A DNA stretch of 64,000 bases. Source: Longimicrobiales bacterium (lineage in GTDB: Bacteria; Gemmatimonadota; Gemmatimonadetes; Longimicrobiales; Gaopeijiaceae). The notes beneath the pieces were generated by a model that was not told the DNA's origin, searched no databases, and saw only the letters and a list, made by a program, of their open reading frames with translations. The stretch lies in the NCBI GenBank assembly GCA_965202805.1, contig OZ241869.1:576001-640000 (forward strand), read 5' to 3'. Of the stretch, positions 53,124 through 62,815 are shown in pieces (position 1 is the stretch's first letter; every line of letters starts with the position of its first letter). Made by a program: the position numbers and the translations under genes.

Positions 53124-53900
53124 ATGCATGTTCACCCAGAGCAACGATTCCATGAGCGAGAAAGCTCTATGAGCAAGAAGGCGATTGATGCGAGCGGCGC
53201 AGATGCGTCGAGTCAGCAGGTGAGGGTATCCCAGAAATGGGGGTTCGGCATGGCTCCACCAAGGCCGGAGTTGCAACAACGTCGGCTGGGTTGGGTGTCG
53301 CATGTTCTGGACTTGCTGAAGTATGAGAGCCCTCACGAGAAATCACCTATCGCGGTTTCCGAGGTGAAGGGGCTCTTCAACCGCGTTGTCCGGCAGGATC
53401 AATGGGATTGGTTTATGGTGTTCCAGCAGTTAGGATGTCCCGGCCGTGTAAAGTCAAGGAAGGTTGCATCCACGCTAGCGGAACTAAGGAAGACCATTAC
53501 AGAGAAAGGCACACGGCGGGATTTACTAGATACACTGAGAGATCTGGGCGTCATCCGCCATCTGACCGTTTTTCTGTCAGGGGATACAAGCGATCAATAC
53601 TCAGAGCAGATATACATCTTGTCGACACGAGAGCAACCCCGTATTCTCAAAATCGGATTCACGACAAGATCTGTCTTGGACAGGGTCAATGAAATCAACT
53701 CAGCTACTGGAGTGGTAATTCCCTATGGGGTCCGAGCAGTATGGTCTGTCAAGGATGCTCGCGATATCGAAGCAAAGATCCACAGATCTTTGGCGGATTA
53801 TCGAGTTCGCTCCGACCGCGAGTTCTTCTGCATGGACTATAAGACAGCATTCAAGCGAATCAACAGTTTGCTGAAGCGAGAACGAATCGGCCAAACATAA
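53124..53900 (+). CDS. GIY-YIG (T5orf172-like) domain protein
   Basis: IYILS...LKIGFT..V..R..EINSATGV...E..IH..L..YR...REFF. Confidence 0.8.
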   Translation: MHVHPEQRFHERESSMSKKAIDASGADASSQQVRVSQKWGFGMAPPRPELQQRRLGWVSHVLDLLKYESPHEKSPIAVSEVKGLFNRVVRQDQWDWFMVFQQLGCPGRVKSRKVASTLAELRKTITEKGTRRDLLDTLRDLGVIRHLTVFLSGDTSDQYSEQIYILSTREQPRILKIGFTTRSVLDRVNEINSATGVVIPYGVRAVWSVKDARDIEAKIHRSLADYRVRSDREFFCMDYKTAFKRINSLLKRERIGQT

Positions 53901-54357
53901 TCTGAGCGGTCCTATTAAGACGGCGTCGTTGTCATCAACAGTGTAAGCCCGGTTCCCATCTGACACCTTTCGCTCAGAATGTAACGGGAAGAGTGATCCC
54001 ATCACCCTCACTCTTACCCCTATCTCCTCCAGAAACTGTGACGGCCTCTTCCTCCATCTGAAAACACCCGCTCCCCAGTCAACGTGGGTCTCCCGCGCCT
54101 AAGGTGATTGCCACGAAACGGCTCTGTCGCCCTCCTGCACTTCCTTGCTCCACTACCTCTGGAGCTCTCGATACGGTTGTGAGTGGCGGTGCCACGCCCT
54201 TGGCAAACATCCAGGACTTCTATCGCGAGGGCCGAACGGCACAATCAACCCAGAGGTCAGATGTCGAACTTTTCTGGGGTCACTTCGTGCTTTGGTGCGC
54301 CAGCGCAAGAAGTCAAGAGGTATCGTCCCCAATCCTGATCGGCGTGATGGCATCGCG

Positions 54358-54687
54358 TTAACCGCGATGCTGCTTTAGCTGGTCTAGATAGTCCTCCCAT
54401 TCCTCAAACAGTGAAGTTGAGGGCGCAGCATCACCTTCGTCCATCTGCTCCATCCGCTCCATGGAAACCAGCATCTTGTCCAGATGCACCCAGAACATGT
54501 GGTCATCCTTGATGTGCTCGCCCCGCTGCTTCTGAAGCTCCTTGAGCAAGCGAAGAAAATCAGCTTTCTTGCCGTTGGACACGGCGAGAGCGGCGACAAG
54601 ATTCGTGTTAGCCCAAACTGCTTCAGCTATGAGGTTAATGACGCCCTGGGTTATCGTGATAGGCCGGTCTGCGTCCTTGTCAGTCAT
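54358..54687 (-). CDS. Hypothetical protein (109 aa)
   Basis: ATG with AGGGAGG RBS; protein-like helical sequence. Confidence 0.55.
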   Translation of the reverse strand: MTDKDADRPITITQGVINLIAEAVWANTNLVAALAVSNGKKADFLRLLKELQKQRGEHIKDDHMFWVHLDKMLVSMERMEQMDEGDAAPSTSLFEEWEDYLDQLKQHRG

Positions 54688-54814
54688 CGTTCCTCCCTGT
54701 TGTCACGGTTCCTATGGCTCCGAAGCATAGCAGCCCACTTCTCGGGTCGCCAGATGCCAACGAGAGCGAGATCGCGCAAGAAAACGCCCTGCCGGGAGAC
54801 ACGCTCTCGACAGG

Positions 54815-55882
54815 TGTACAAGTAGGGTGTTCACCTGACACCCGACCTCACGGAGGTCAGGTCCTACGCTGCGTTCTGCACCTCCTTGCCGGCCGAAGGG
54901 TTGCGGGTGCACTTCCGGGCGATCCCGGCCTTGAAGACCGCGAAGACCGCGTAGGGCGTCCGTCCCTTCGTGCCGCGGCCCTGGTGCCAGGTGCCGTCGG
55001 TTGTAGGTCTCAAGATACACGTCCAGGTCCTTCTGCAGCTCTTCGACGGTCTCGTGCCAAGTCATCTGCCCCTTGATCCGGAGATGTTCTTCGAGAAGGG
55101 TGCGGTGGAACCGTTCGATAAAGCCATTCGACTGGGGCCTCCCGACCTTGGTGGCTCGGTGCTCGATGTCCTCCAGCTGCAGGAAGAGCTCGTAGTGGTG
55201 CTTGTCTGGCCGGCCGCAGTACTCGCGCCCTTTGTCGCTCAGGATGGTCCGGACTTGGACGCCGTGCTCCTCGAAGAAGGGCAGCACGTGGTTGTTCAGG
55301 ATCTGGACCGCCGTGACCGGCATCTTGCTCGTGTAGAGCCGGGCCCAGACGTGGCGACTGAAGCAGTCGAGCATGGTCTGGATGTAGACCTTGCCGACGC
55401 CGTTGAGCGTGCCTGCGAAGAAGGTGTCCACGGCCACGAGCTTCCCGGTGGCATGTACTTCGATGTGGCACCCGCGGAACTCGGGGTCGAATCGCTCCAG
55501 CGCATGGATCTGCTCATCGGTGAGCTTGATCTTGCGCTTGCGGACCGTCTCCTCCAGCCGGAGCAGTCGCTCGTGGCGGGTCTTGAGGTCGTTTCGGATC
55601 CACACCCCCTCGGCGCCGTGCACTTGGAAGTTGCGGCGGATCTCGTAGAAGTGCTGCCGGCTGTAGCCCACGATCCGGCACGCCTTCGAGACGTTGCCGA
55701 GTTCCTGGCCAGTTGTAGCAGGGACAGCTTCCTGCGCGCTTCTCTGCCTGGACGGTGGTCATTCTGGTTCTCCTCCGTGGTTGTTGAGTTGACTGGATCT
55801 CTTCTCAGTCAACCTCGGTGAGGCCGGTCTGGCCACCGTCCCCTTCGGGGGGCATCTGTCAGGTGATTACCGTACTTGTACA
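54815..55882 (-). mobile_element. IS481-family insertion sequence with decayed transposase
   Basis: 26-bp terminal IRs TGTACAAGTAGGGTGTTCACCTGACA and TGTCAGGTGATTACCGTACTTGTACA (23/26 match); rve transposase (GYSRQHFYEIRR, VDTFFAG, PQSNGFIERFHRT) with disrupted ends. Confidence 0.9.
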
Positions 55883-56111
55883 GTCTTCAGCTTCATCGAA
55901 GGCTTCTACAACACCCGCCGTCTCCACTCGGCCCTCGGCTACCAGGCGCCCGCGAACTTCGAGGAACTCAACCGTGCCGCGTGAAGCGAACCCGGGCCTG
56001 AGCGACCGACGGCCCGCGCCCTCTCTCACTCCCTTGGGAGGGGATAACAGAATTCATTTCAGACACCATCAACCACAGAAACCAACTGTCCGTGAAAGCG
56101 GGGCAGGTCCA
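55883..56111 (+). mobile_element. IS3-family remnant (transposase C-terminus and right end)
   Basis: VFSFIEGFYNTRRLHSALGYQAPANFE*, then an IR-like end CTGTCCGTGAAAGCGGGGCAGGTCCA. Confidence 0.8.
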
Positions 56112-56577
56112 GGGGACCTCCCATCGTTTCCCTCCACCTCAACTGTTTTGCCCAACTCGAACAGGGCGACAGTTAACACCCCTTTTGATTTTCTGTTCCA
56201 CATCTCCGGTCAGTAGATCCTTGACACACACTCCACCTATTCACCATATAGGGTGACCTTCTTGCTTTCTAGCAGGATGCCTTCAATCGAATCCGTAGCG
56301 TACTCCGACATGATTGCTCGGGCCGCTGCCTGTGCGAGAGCCTCTACCTGCTCCTGCGGCTCACCTCGATCACGAGCGTCCTGTGCAGCCTCGCAGCACT
56401 CGTCCATGCATCACACATGCGGTACAGTAACTTCCAGCGGTCCTTCCCTGGGAATCGATGCCCACACGCGCCTGACAGCACCAAACCACTAGCAACACGG
56501 ATCGTCTCATCCTCCATCCTGTACCACGTCATGCCTGGAAATCCTACCGGCCTATTCCCCGTCAAACCACACCACGA

Positions 56578-57030
56578 TCAGGAAGTCTCTGATGGTGGCT
56601 TGATAAAACCTGAGTCGTTCGCTATCTCCATAGCCATTTCCTTCTGACGATCACGATCTGAAGTCTTGTAATCGACATCAGTATGATGTGGATTGTAATA
56701 GGGATCCTTGGGGTCTTGGATCGGTGTAAACTTCACGCTACAACCCTCTTTTCGAAAAGTACAGACTTTTGCTGTGGCCCACCCAAAGAAACCTCCCTTA
56801 CGTTTGGATGCGAATCTGGTAGAATCAAGTATTGTTGATCGCCTAAGCCTATCAGTTGACTTGACTTGCGCTCTTTTGGCTGGGTAGAACTCAGAGGCAT
56901 TGGCCTTATTTTTGTCCGCATATCTACCTGCTCGCGACTTATTGTTGACACTAGATCCCAATAATTCCAATCCTCGCAGGCATTCCTCTGAGGACGATAC
57001 TGCTCCAACAGATTTCTTAGATGGGTCCAT
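56578..57030 (-). CDS. Hypothetical basic protein, third gene of the AT-rich cassette
   Basis: 150 aa; STDRL, FFGWA, NPHH motifs. Confidence 0.6.
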   Translation of the reverse strand: MDPSKKSVGAVSSSEECLRGLELLGSSVNNKSRAGRYADKNKANASEFYPAKRAQVKSTDRLRRSTILDSTRFASKRKGGFFGWATAKVCTFRKEGCSVKFTPIQDPKDPYYNPHHTDVDYKTSDRDRQKEMAMEIANDSGFIKPPSETS

Positions 57031-57446
57031 GATTTTTTAGTCGGATATCTTTGGAAGTGTGGATGTCTTGCTATTTCATCTATCACACCTTGTAGAAAAC
57101 AGTCACTAAACATAACCGAAATGCTCTTAAAACTCGCCTTCCGAGACCGTATATCGCCTGTTGCAAAGAAACATATAATTCTCCCTCCTGACTCACAGTT
57201 AACTGCGAGCGTTTCATTAGGATTTCTTGGAGCTACCTCAACACTCACTGAACCATCTTGCATAGGGTAAACTTCGTATCGAAAGGGTAGCTTTTTATAC
57301 ATATACCCAAGAACAGTGCGTGATCGTTCTATAACCCCCTCTGAGGGGGTTATGTAGTCTTCATCGGATGCTGCTTCATCATACACATTACCAAGATCAT
57401 GGAGTGCATCCTTAAGCCACTGACCATTACTCGGATCATTTCTCAT
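56733..57446 (-). CDS. Hypothetical protein, second gene of the AT-rich cassette
   Basis: ATGA overlap with the upstream gene; its 3' third overlaps the next ORF by 298 bp. Confidence 0.6.
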   Translation of the reverse strand: MRNDPSNGQWLKDALHDLGNVYDEAASDEDYITPSEGVIERSRTVLGYMYKKLPFRYEVYPMQDGSVSVEVAPRNPNETLAVNCESGGRIICFFATGDIRSRKASFKSISVMFSDCFLQGVIDEIARHPHFQRYPTKKSWTHLRNLLEQYRPQRNACEDWNYWDLVSTISREQVDMRTKIRPMPLSSTQPKERKSSQLIGLGDQQYLILPDSHPNVREVSLGGPQQKSVLFEKRVVA

Positions 57447-57955
57447 AGTATTGATCTCCGTAGTGACAAAGATTGAAACACCACATCAATATCAGAGATG
57501 GCACCGTTAACACGCATTATGTGTTCATAAAGCTCCTTACGAGAAAAACTCGTATCCCGTATGAGTATAGACATAACCGCCAACTCATCAATCACAAGAT
57601 CCTGACTGTCCTCCACTATTGGAGGGAGTATGTTGTAGTTAACACGGTGACGTACCATTCTCTCCCTGATATCAAGTAACAGCGCCAGTTTATCAGGAAT
57701 CACAAGGCTATCGAAATGTTGTTTCTTTGAGTTATCTACTTGGTACCTCCTATATACAGTCAGATAGTCACCAGGGGGACCAATATATGTCACTATATAT
57801 CCATGGAACGCTTCTGAAATACCCACTGCAAATACTAAATTCGGAGCATCATCATCAGACTCAAGAGATTCTATGGCAATCTCATCAGGTTCCTCATAAA
57901 AACTCTTAATCCACCCTATGACAGTTTCCTCCATCATATCCCTGTTTATGCTCAT
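57443..57955 (-). CDS. Hypothetical acidic protein, first gene of the AT-rich cassette (possibly DUF2299/YbjN-like)
   Basis: ATG 57955 with GGAG upstream; 170 aa. The fold guess is by eye only. Confidence 0.6.
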   Translation of the reverse strand: MSINRDMMEETVIGWIKSFYEEPDEIAIESLESDDDAPNLVFAVGISEAFHGYIVTYIGPPGDYLTVYRRYQVDNSKKQHFDSLVIPDKLALLLDIRERMVRHRVNYNILPPIVEDSQDLVIDELAVMSILIRDTSFSRKELYEHIMRVNGAISDIDVVFQSLSLRRSIL

Positions 57956-57996
57956 ACTGTATACACTCCGATAAGTATCACCTGTGTACCTCCTAC

Positions 57997-58025
57997 ACGC
58001 TACCAAACCGAATCGATGCTGTCAA
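57997..58025 (-). promoter_or_regulatory. Sigma70-type promoter of the AT-rich cassette
   Basis: Minus strand TTGACA, 17-nt spacer, TAGCGT, with TG just upstream of the -10. Confidence 0.6.
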
Positions 58026-58149
58026 GAATCCGCCTCAACGGCGGGCGCGGAGGCTGCCGTAGCGCCTTCGGCTTCTCCGGTCGCTGCCCGCGCTCATCCG
58101 TCAGCGACCAACGTTGACATACCAGCTACGGATTCCTACCCATAACACA

Positions 58150-58204
58150 GGCACGGCTGGGCAGGGTAAGGCAGGGCACGGCGAAGCTCGGCAGGGTAAG
58201 GAAG
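58150..58204. repeat. Degenerate pentanucleotide array (GGNNN) x about 11
   Basis: GGCAC GGCTG GGCAG GGTAA GGCAG GGCAC GGCGA AGCTC GGCAG GGTAA GGAAG. Confidence 0.7.
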
Positions 58205-58737
58205 GTAGAGTAATCACACGAAGCCTTCCTTGCTCTGTCCCTCTCCCATGACCTGCTACCGTTCCCGTGCCATGAGTAGGGATCCCATCAGCTTACAACG
58301 TCAACGCATCTCTGTTTCTGGAGCAGCTGGGGAAGCAGAGACATAATTCCCTAAGACGGAACAAACGCAGTGGCGGATGGAGTTGGTTGATCCTGGCACG
58401 GGCGTCGTGTCCGGTAACTACCTGATAACCGATCCGGATATGGGATCGCTGTCGTTGCCCGGTCCCGTGTCCGGTCGGTACGATTTCCTGGCCGTTTCGC
58501 TCGACTACTCGTTCCTGATCGAGGGCTTTTCTGCGTCGTGCGCGATTCGCGCTACCATGGCGGCGTTCGGTCAGAGCATCGCGGCTACGGTGACCTGCAG
58601 CGGCTTCGGCGAGTCAGCCGGCGACGCGGTGGACTTACCAGCGTACCACCTAACTCTTCATCGGCAGGCACAGGGGACGGAACCTGGAGTTGTGACCCCC
58701 CGTCGGGGCCCTCTAGTACCGGACACCGGACTCCCTC

Positions 58738-60030
58738 CTACGCGGTGTCCCCGCCAATGGTGAGCCGCGCTGGCAACAGCGGCGGCCCTTCCCACCGCGC
58801 CAAACCTGTCATCCAATGCTGGCCGAGTCCGCACACGTAACCGATGGAGGCATCCGAGATGATCCTGCGAGCATGCTGGTGGCAGTGTGCCCAGCCGGAC
58901 TCAGGCTGCCTTCCGAACCACCCGAGGGCGGCCAAGTCCCTGAGTTCCTCAACTTCAAGGTTGCCGACCATGCGCCGTAGGCGCTCGTACGATTCCAACC
59001 CGTAGGATCTGACGCTCCCGCTTGTGAAGTGAAGGCCCGAGTCTCGGTTTCCCGGTAGCGATGCTATCAAGCGCTCCCATTCCACCTCGAAGTCCGAATG
59101 GGCCTTCGTCAGTTCCTCGACCTTCTCACGGGTGACCAAGGGGGCCGGATCCCTTTCTGACTCCCGCTTCAGGTGCCACTTGATCTGTTCGGCTCTCTGA
59201 CGGCGGAGGTCCGCCAAGTCGGCTCTGGCTGGACCCGATTGCCGTAGGTCGAGAGGCCACAGCGGAAACGGCCAATGGTGACAGATCGACCTCGCGTCTT
59301 CCGGATCAACTTCCCGGTTCCGTCGTGCCTCACTCACGCGAACCAATGAGTCGTAGTTCCGCCCCGATAGCTCCTGATGGGTTGTCTGCGGCTCCGGCTC
59401 AAAGCCGCGCCAGAGATCTGCCACGACGGCCAGCCCTTCCGGCGTCGTTATGCCGACGCGGTGTAGCGCGCGAACTACCGCCAGCCACCGTGGTGTCACG
59501 TCATTGTATTCTCGGTACAGGCTATCGGGTAGCGGAGATACCCAGTCGTACTCACCGCCCTCTACGGTGATGTCCTGCACGTAGTCCACGTACATTCGGT
59601 TCTCTCTCCGAGCCTTGGCGTAGTTCGGAAGGATCCAGTCAACGTCGTTGGGACCATCAAGGTAGTACGGCCGCCGTTCGCGGTCTACCAGGCTCGTCAC
59701 CTCCGCAAAATCGACTGGCCTCCAGCGGCAGGAATCGGCGTAGATCTCTTTCGCAAGATGATTGCCGAAGGCCTTGATCGTGCGGGACCTCTCTTCTTTG
59801 TTGTTGCGTGGGCATCGGACCAGGTCAACTAGCATAAGGACTTTCGCTGATTCCTCCTTCGCGAGGGCACGAACGATGGCTGCAGCACGATGCTCGTCGA
59901 TCGCACGGAGACGGACTGCGGTCGACTCCAAGCTCTCGGCATGTTCGACAATGAGCCGAAGGCCCTCGGCAACCTCTTCGAATAACGTGACGTCCGATAG
60001 CTGGAGGAGTCTCTCGATTGGCCGTTTCAT
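58738..60030 (-). CDS. AbiV-like abortive-infection protein with C-terminal extension
   Basis: LAKEESAKVLML...FGNHLAK, RENRMYVDY; ATG 60030 with GGAG RBS. Confidence 0.7.
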   Translation of the reverse strand: MKRPIERLLQLSDVTLFEEVAEGLRLIVEHAESLESTAVRLRAIDEHRAAAIVRALAKEESAKVLMLVDLVRCPRNNKEERSRTIKAFGNHLAKEIYADSCRWRPVDFAEVTSLVDRERRPYYLDGPNDVDWILPNYAKARRENRMYVDYVQDITVEGGEYDWVSPLPDSLYREYNDVTPRWLAVVRALHRVGITTPEGLAVVADLWRGFEPEPQTTHQELSGRNYDSLVRVSEARRNREVDPEDARSICHHWPFPLWPLDLRQSGPARADLADLRRQRAEQIKWHLKRESERDPAPLVTREKVEELTKAHSDFEVEWERLIASLPGNRDSGLHFTSGSVRSYGLESYERLRRMVGNLEVEELRDLAALGWFGRQPESGWAHCHQHARRIISDASIGYVCGLGQHWMTGLARWEGPPLLPARLTIGGDTA

Positions 60031-60147
60031 GTCTGCTCCGAAAGGATCCTCTTCATATGGATTACCATATCGCCGATATGGGAATATGGCAACATCATTC
60101 CCGTTCGCCACTCCGGTGGCGCCACGGTGAGAGCGGCTCGCGATGAA

Positions 60148-61611
60148 TCACGCGACGGAGCCCTTGGTTTGCCGAAGGCGGGCTTGAGAGAGTTGCTGCC
60201 TAAACCGGTCGACCACCTGGACACTGGTCTCTCCGGCCTGCGCCGCGATCCAGAGTTCCTGGAGGTTCTCTTGAGCCAGAAGCAAAACGTCGTCACGCTC
60301 GGCCTTTTCAATCTCGGCCTCGGATAGCGCCTCACGCGTGCTAGCCGTCGCCAGGACCGCGATCACTTCGCTGCCGGGAAGTTGGTTGCGCATATGCTCC
60401 GACCGAGCGATGAGCTTGCCCACCTTGCCGCCTGTGTCGAGCGACCCGACCGTACACTCGATCGCGAGCATCAGGGAAGATCCTGGCGCCTGAGCAAGGT
60501 GATCGATGGTGTTTCCCCGTCTGGTGTGCCCGGAAAGCGGGTGCATGTGGAATCCGAGGAAGAAGAACAGCAGGCCCACAGCGGCCTCGAACTGCTGCGA
60601 CTTGTTCTTCCCACGCGCCCGAAGCTGCTTCCGGAAGCGTTCAAGGCCAGGGTCGAGAGCGTCGTGAGCCTTGATCCGGATACTGGACGCGGTAGATGCC
60701 AACGGCACGGACACGCGGTCTACGCACCGGTCTCCGACGACGATGAATGCTGTGGCAGTGGAATCACCGTTCTCGACCGGGATGTCCAACTCCGAGAGGA
60801 GAGCGCCCCCCTCACGCGTCCATTCGCGCTCCGCGAGCCCGACCGATCCATGGCGAACCGGTTCTCCGATGCTGCTACCTACCGTCCAGATGACGTCCGC
60901 TTTCGTTACAAAGACATCTGCGGCAGCCCGGACGGCGACGGTCACGCGGTCCACCGACGAGGATACCTTCTCTGGATCAAAGCGCACGGCGAGGGGGGCG
61001 ATCAGCTCGATTACGGTAGTGTTGCCCTGGATCTTCAGGCCTTGGGGCCGTGCGCAGAACCTGCGCACCAAGTCGGGCAGGCCATCGTAGGCGTTCGGCC
61101 CGCCACGGATCATTCCGTCCAGCTCGAATGGATCGTGACCGGCTTGTCTCAAGACATCGAAGATTGAGGAACCATAGCCTACTAGCGAGTGACAGCTCCA
61201 CAGGTCGTACTCGGCAGTCCGGTACGCGCCGGCCAACTCATTGAAGCTGTACCTGATGTCGGTCGCAGGCTGATCCGACCGGCCGACGTATCTGACGTAC
61301 CGGGGCCGCAGCTTCATCCTGCCATTGGCGATGCCGCGGACTATGGAAGGGAGGTCCGCAACGGGACGAACGATCTGCCAGGCATGGAATTGACGTCGCT
61401 CGACCGGTAAGAAGCGTGGGACGGATCGAGGCGGACGATGGTCGAGGAAACCCCGGGTAACAAGGTTCATCCAGCGGCGGCCGCTACGGATCGCACAGAC
61501 GCGCAGATCCACGGACCGCCAGAACCCGCCGTCATTCACCAAGTCGATGAAGCGATCTGCGTCCTCCTCCGGAGAGCGCTCACGTCTTTCTTGTGACATA
61601 CGAGTCTCCAT
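60148..61611 (-). CDS. Hypothetical protein with C-terminal PD-(D/E)XK-like domain
   Basis: FEAAVGLLFFFLGF...IDHLA...AIECT pattern. Confidence 0.6.
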   Translation of the reverse strand: METRMSQERRERSPEEDADRFIDLVNDGGFWRSVDLRVCAIRSGRRWMNLVTRGFLDHRPPRSVPRFLPVERRQFHAWQIVRPVADLPSIVRGIANGRMKLRPRYVRYVGRSDQPATDIRYSFNELAGAYRTAEYDLWSCHSLVGYGSSIFDVLRQAGHDPFELDGMIRGGPNAYDGLPDLVRRFCARPQGLKIQGNTTVIELIAPLAVRFDPEKVSSSVDRVTVAVRAAADVFVTKADVIWTVGSSIGEPVRHGSVGLAEREWTREGGALLSELDIPVENGDSTATAFIVVGDRCVDRVSVPLASTASSIRIKAHDALDPGLERFRKQLRARGKNKSQQFEAAVGLLFFFLGFHMHPLSGHTRRGNTIDHLAQAPGSSLMLAIECTVGSLDTGGKVGKLIARSEHMRNQLPGSEVIAVLATASTREALSEAEIEKAERDDVLLLAQENLQELWIAAQAGETSVQVVDRFRQQLSQARLRQTKGSVA

Positions 61612-61793
61612 GGCCTCGGGCAGGGTTCCATCACTACGGCAAGTATCGTGAAACTAACATGCTCCGGTCTAGGTGGCCGAGTAGCGGCAAGGCCAGATCA
61701 TGGATCAAGCTGCGAGTAAGGGGCAGTCTCGCTGACTAAGCTCGCGGGCATCCGCTTAAGGGTGGAGAAATCGAGCCTGCGGACGGCCCTCAC

Positions 61794-62660
61794 TCACCCA
61801 CGGCCCGGCCTCCTCCCCGTCCCGCGCAGCTTCGCCACTTTGCTGAGAAGATCGAACCAGAACGGAGCGCCCAGCGATACCGCCGCGGCTGTGAAGAACC
61901 ACCCAAGAACATGGGCGATCCAGGTCCAAGCACCCCAATCCGGCAAATCATCATCCCGACCGAACGGATCTTCGCCCTCCCATCCAAGCGGAAACGACTG
62001 GAGAATCGCGTCCGCGACCTGCGCAGAGTCTGCGCTCACCGTGTCGGAGGCCGCGGCAACCGCCTCCTGGGCGATCGCATACCGCAGGGCGTCGTCCCGC
62101 CAGAGGTCCTGCACCACATGCACGGTGCTCGCGTTGGCCGACACGGTCACGACGGCGCCGATCGCGAAGATGATCAGTTGCGTCTGCCGCCTGTACCAAC
62201 CCGACACGCGGTTCATCCCTTCGTCGAACCAGCCGGCGACCTGGCGGCGAAGGTCGTCCACCGTCTCCGCTCCCAGATGGGTCAGCGCCCGGAGAGGCGG
62301 CTTGAGCGCGGAGTCGTCGCCGAGCCGGTCAACCAGCTTGGCCGCCTCGTCGCCCATGGCCACCACGGGATTGCCGTCCTCATCCTGCGCGACCAGGTCC
62401 ACGAGCGCCGAGGCGAAGGTTTCGGCTCCGATGTACGACGGGTTCTTCTTGCCCTTCGCCAGCGTGTTGACCAGCGGATGTCCATAGAGCCGCTGGGCAT
62501 AGTCGTCTCCGATCAGCGTCTCGACCCCCTTCCGAAGGTTCTTCGCCCGGAGCGAGAGCAAGGTTGAAACCCACTCCTTGACGACCGAGGCGACAAGGCT
62601 CAACACGCTGTAGAGCAGCGCGAGGCCAAGAGCGACATCGACTATCGGATGATCCAGCAC
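61794..62660 (-). CDS. Hypothetical membrane protein
   Basis: Three hydrophobic segments; WFDEGMNRVSGWYRR, SLGAPFWFDLL. Confidence 0.75.
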   Translation of the reverse strand: MLDHPIVDVALGLALLYSVLSLVASVVKEWVSTLLSLRAKNLRKGVETLIGDDYAQRLYGHPLVNTLAKGKKNPSYIGAETFASALVDLVAQDEDGNPVVAMGDEAAKLVDRLGDDSALKPPLRALTHLGAETVDDLRRQVAGWFDEGMNRVSGWYRRQTQLIIFAIGAVVTVSANASTVHVVQDLWRDDALRYAIAQEAVAAASDTVSADSAQVADAILQSFPLGWEGEDPFGRDDDLPDWGAWTWIAHVLGWFFTAAAVSLGAPFWFDLLSKVAKLRGTGRRPGRG

Positions 62661-62815
62661 TGCGCCTCCTTTTCCTCTTTTAGTCCCCTTCCGCGCCCGC
62701 GGACCCCGCCGTCCCTCCTCCGACGGCGAAGCTCAGTCCGGCGCGGGTGGTCTCGATCGGGACGAACAGCGGTGCCGGGCGTCCCATCTGACAGTGCACG
62801 CAGGCTCCTGAGTGC

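Noticed and set aside
56238..56565. Fourth gene of the AT-rich cassette
   Set aside because: Only short fragments in different frames; a CDS cannot be supported.
58020..58120. TGTCAA...TTGACA-bounded GC hairpin as an integron attC site
   Set aside because: The AAC/GTT core pairing is imperfect, there is no second attC or integrase, and one end is explained as a -35 box.
58377..58763. 128-aa plus-strand ORF
   Set aside because: Possibly a gene remnant, but it has no recognisable motif and a weak start, so it was not called.
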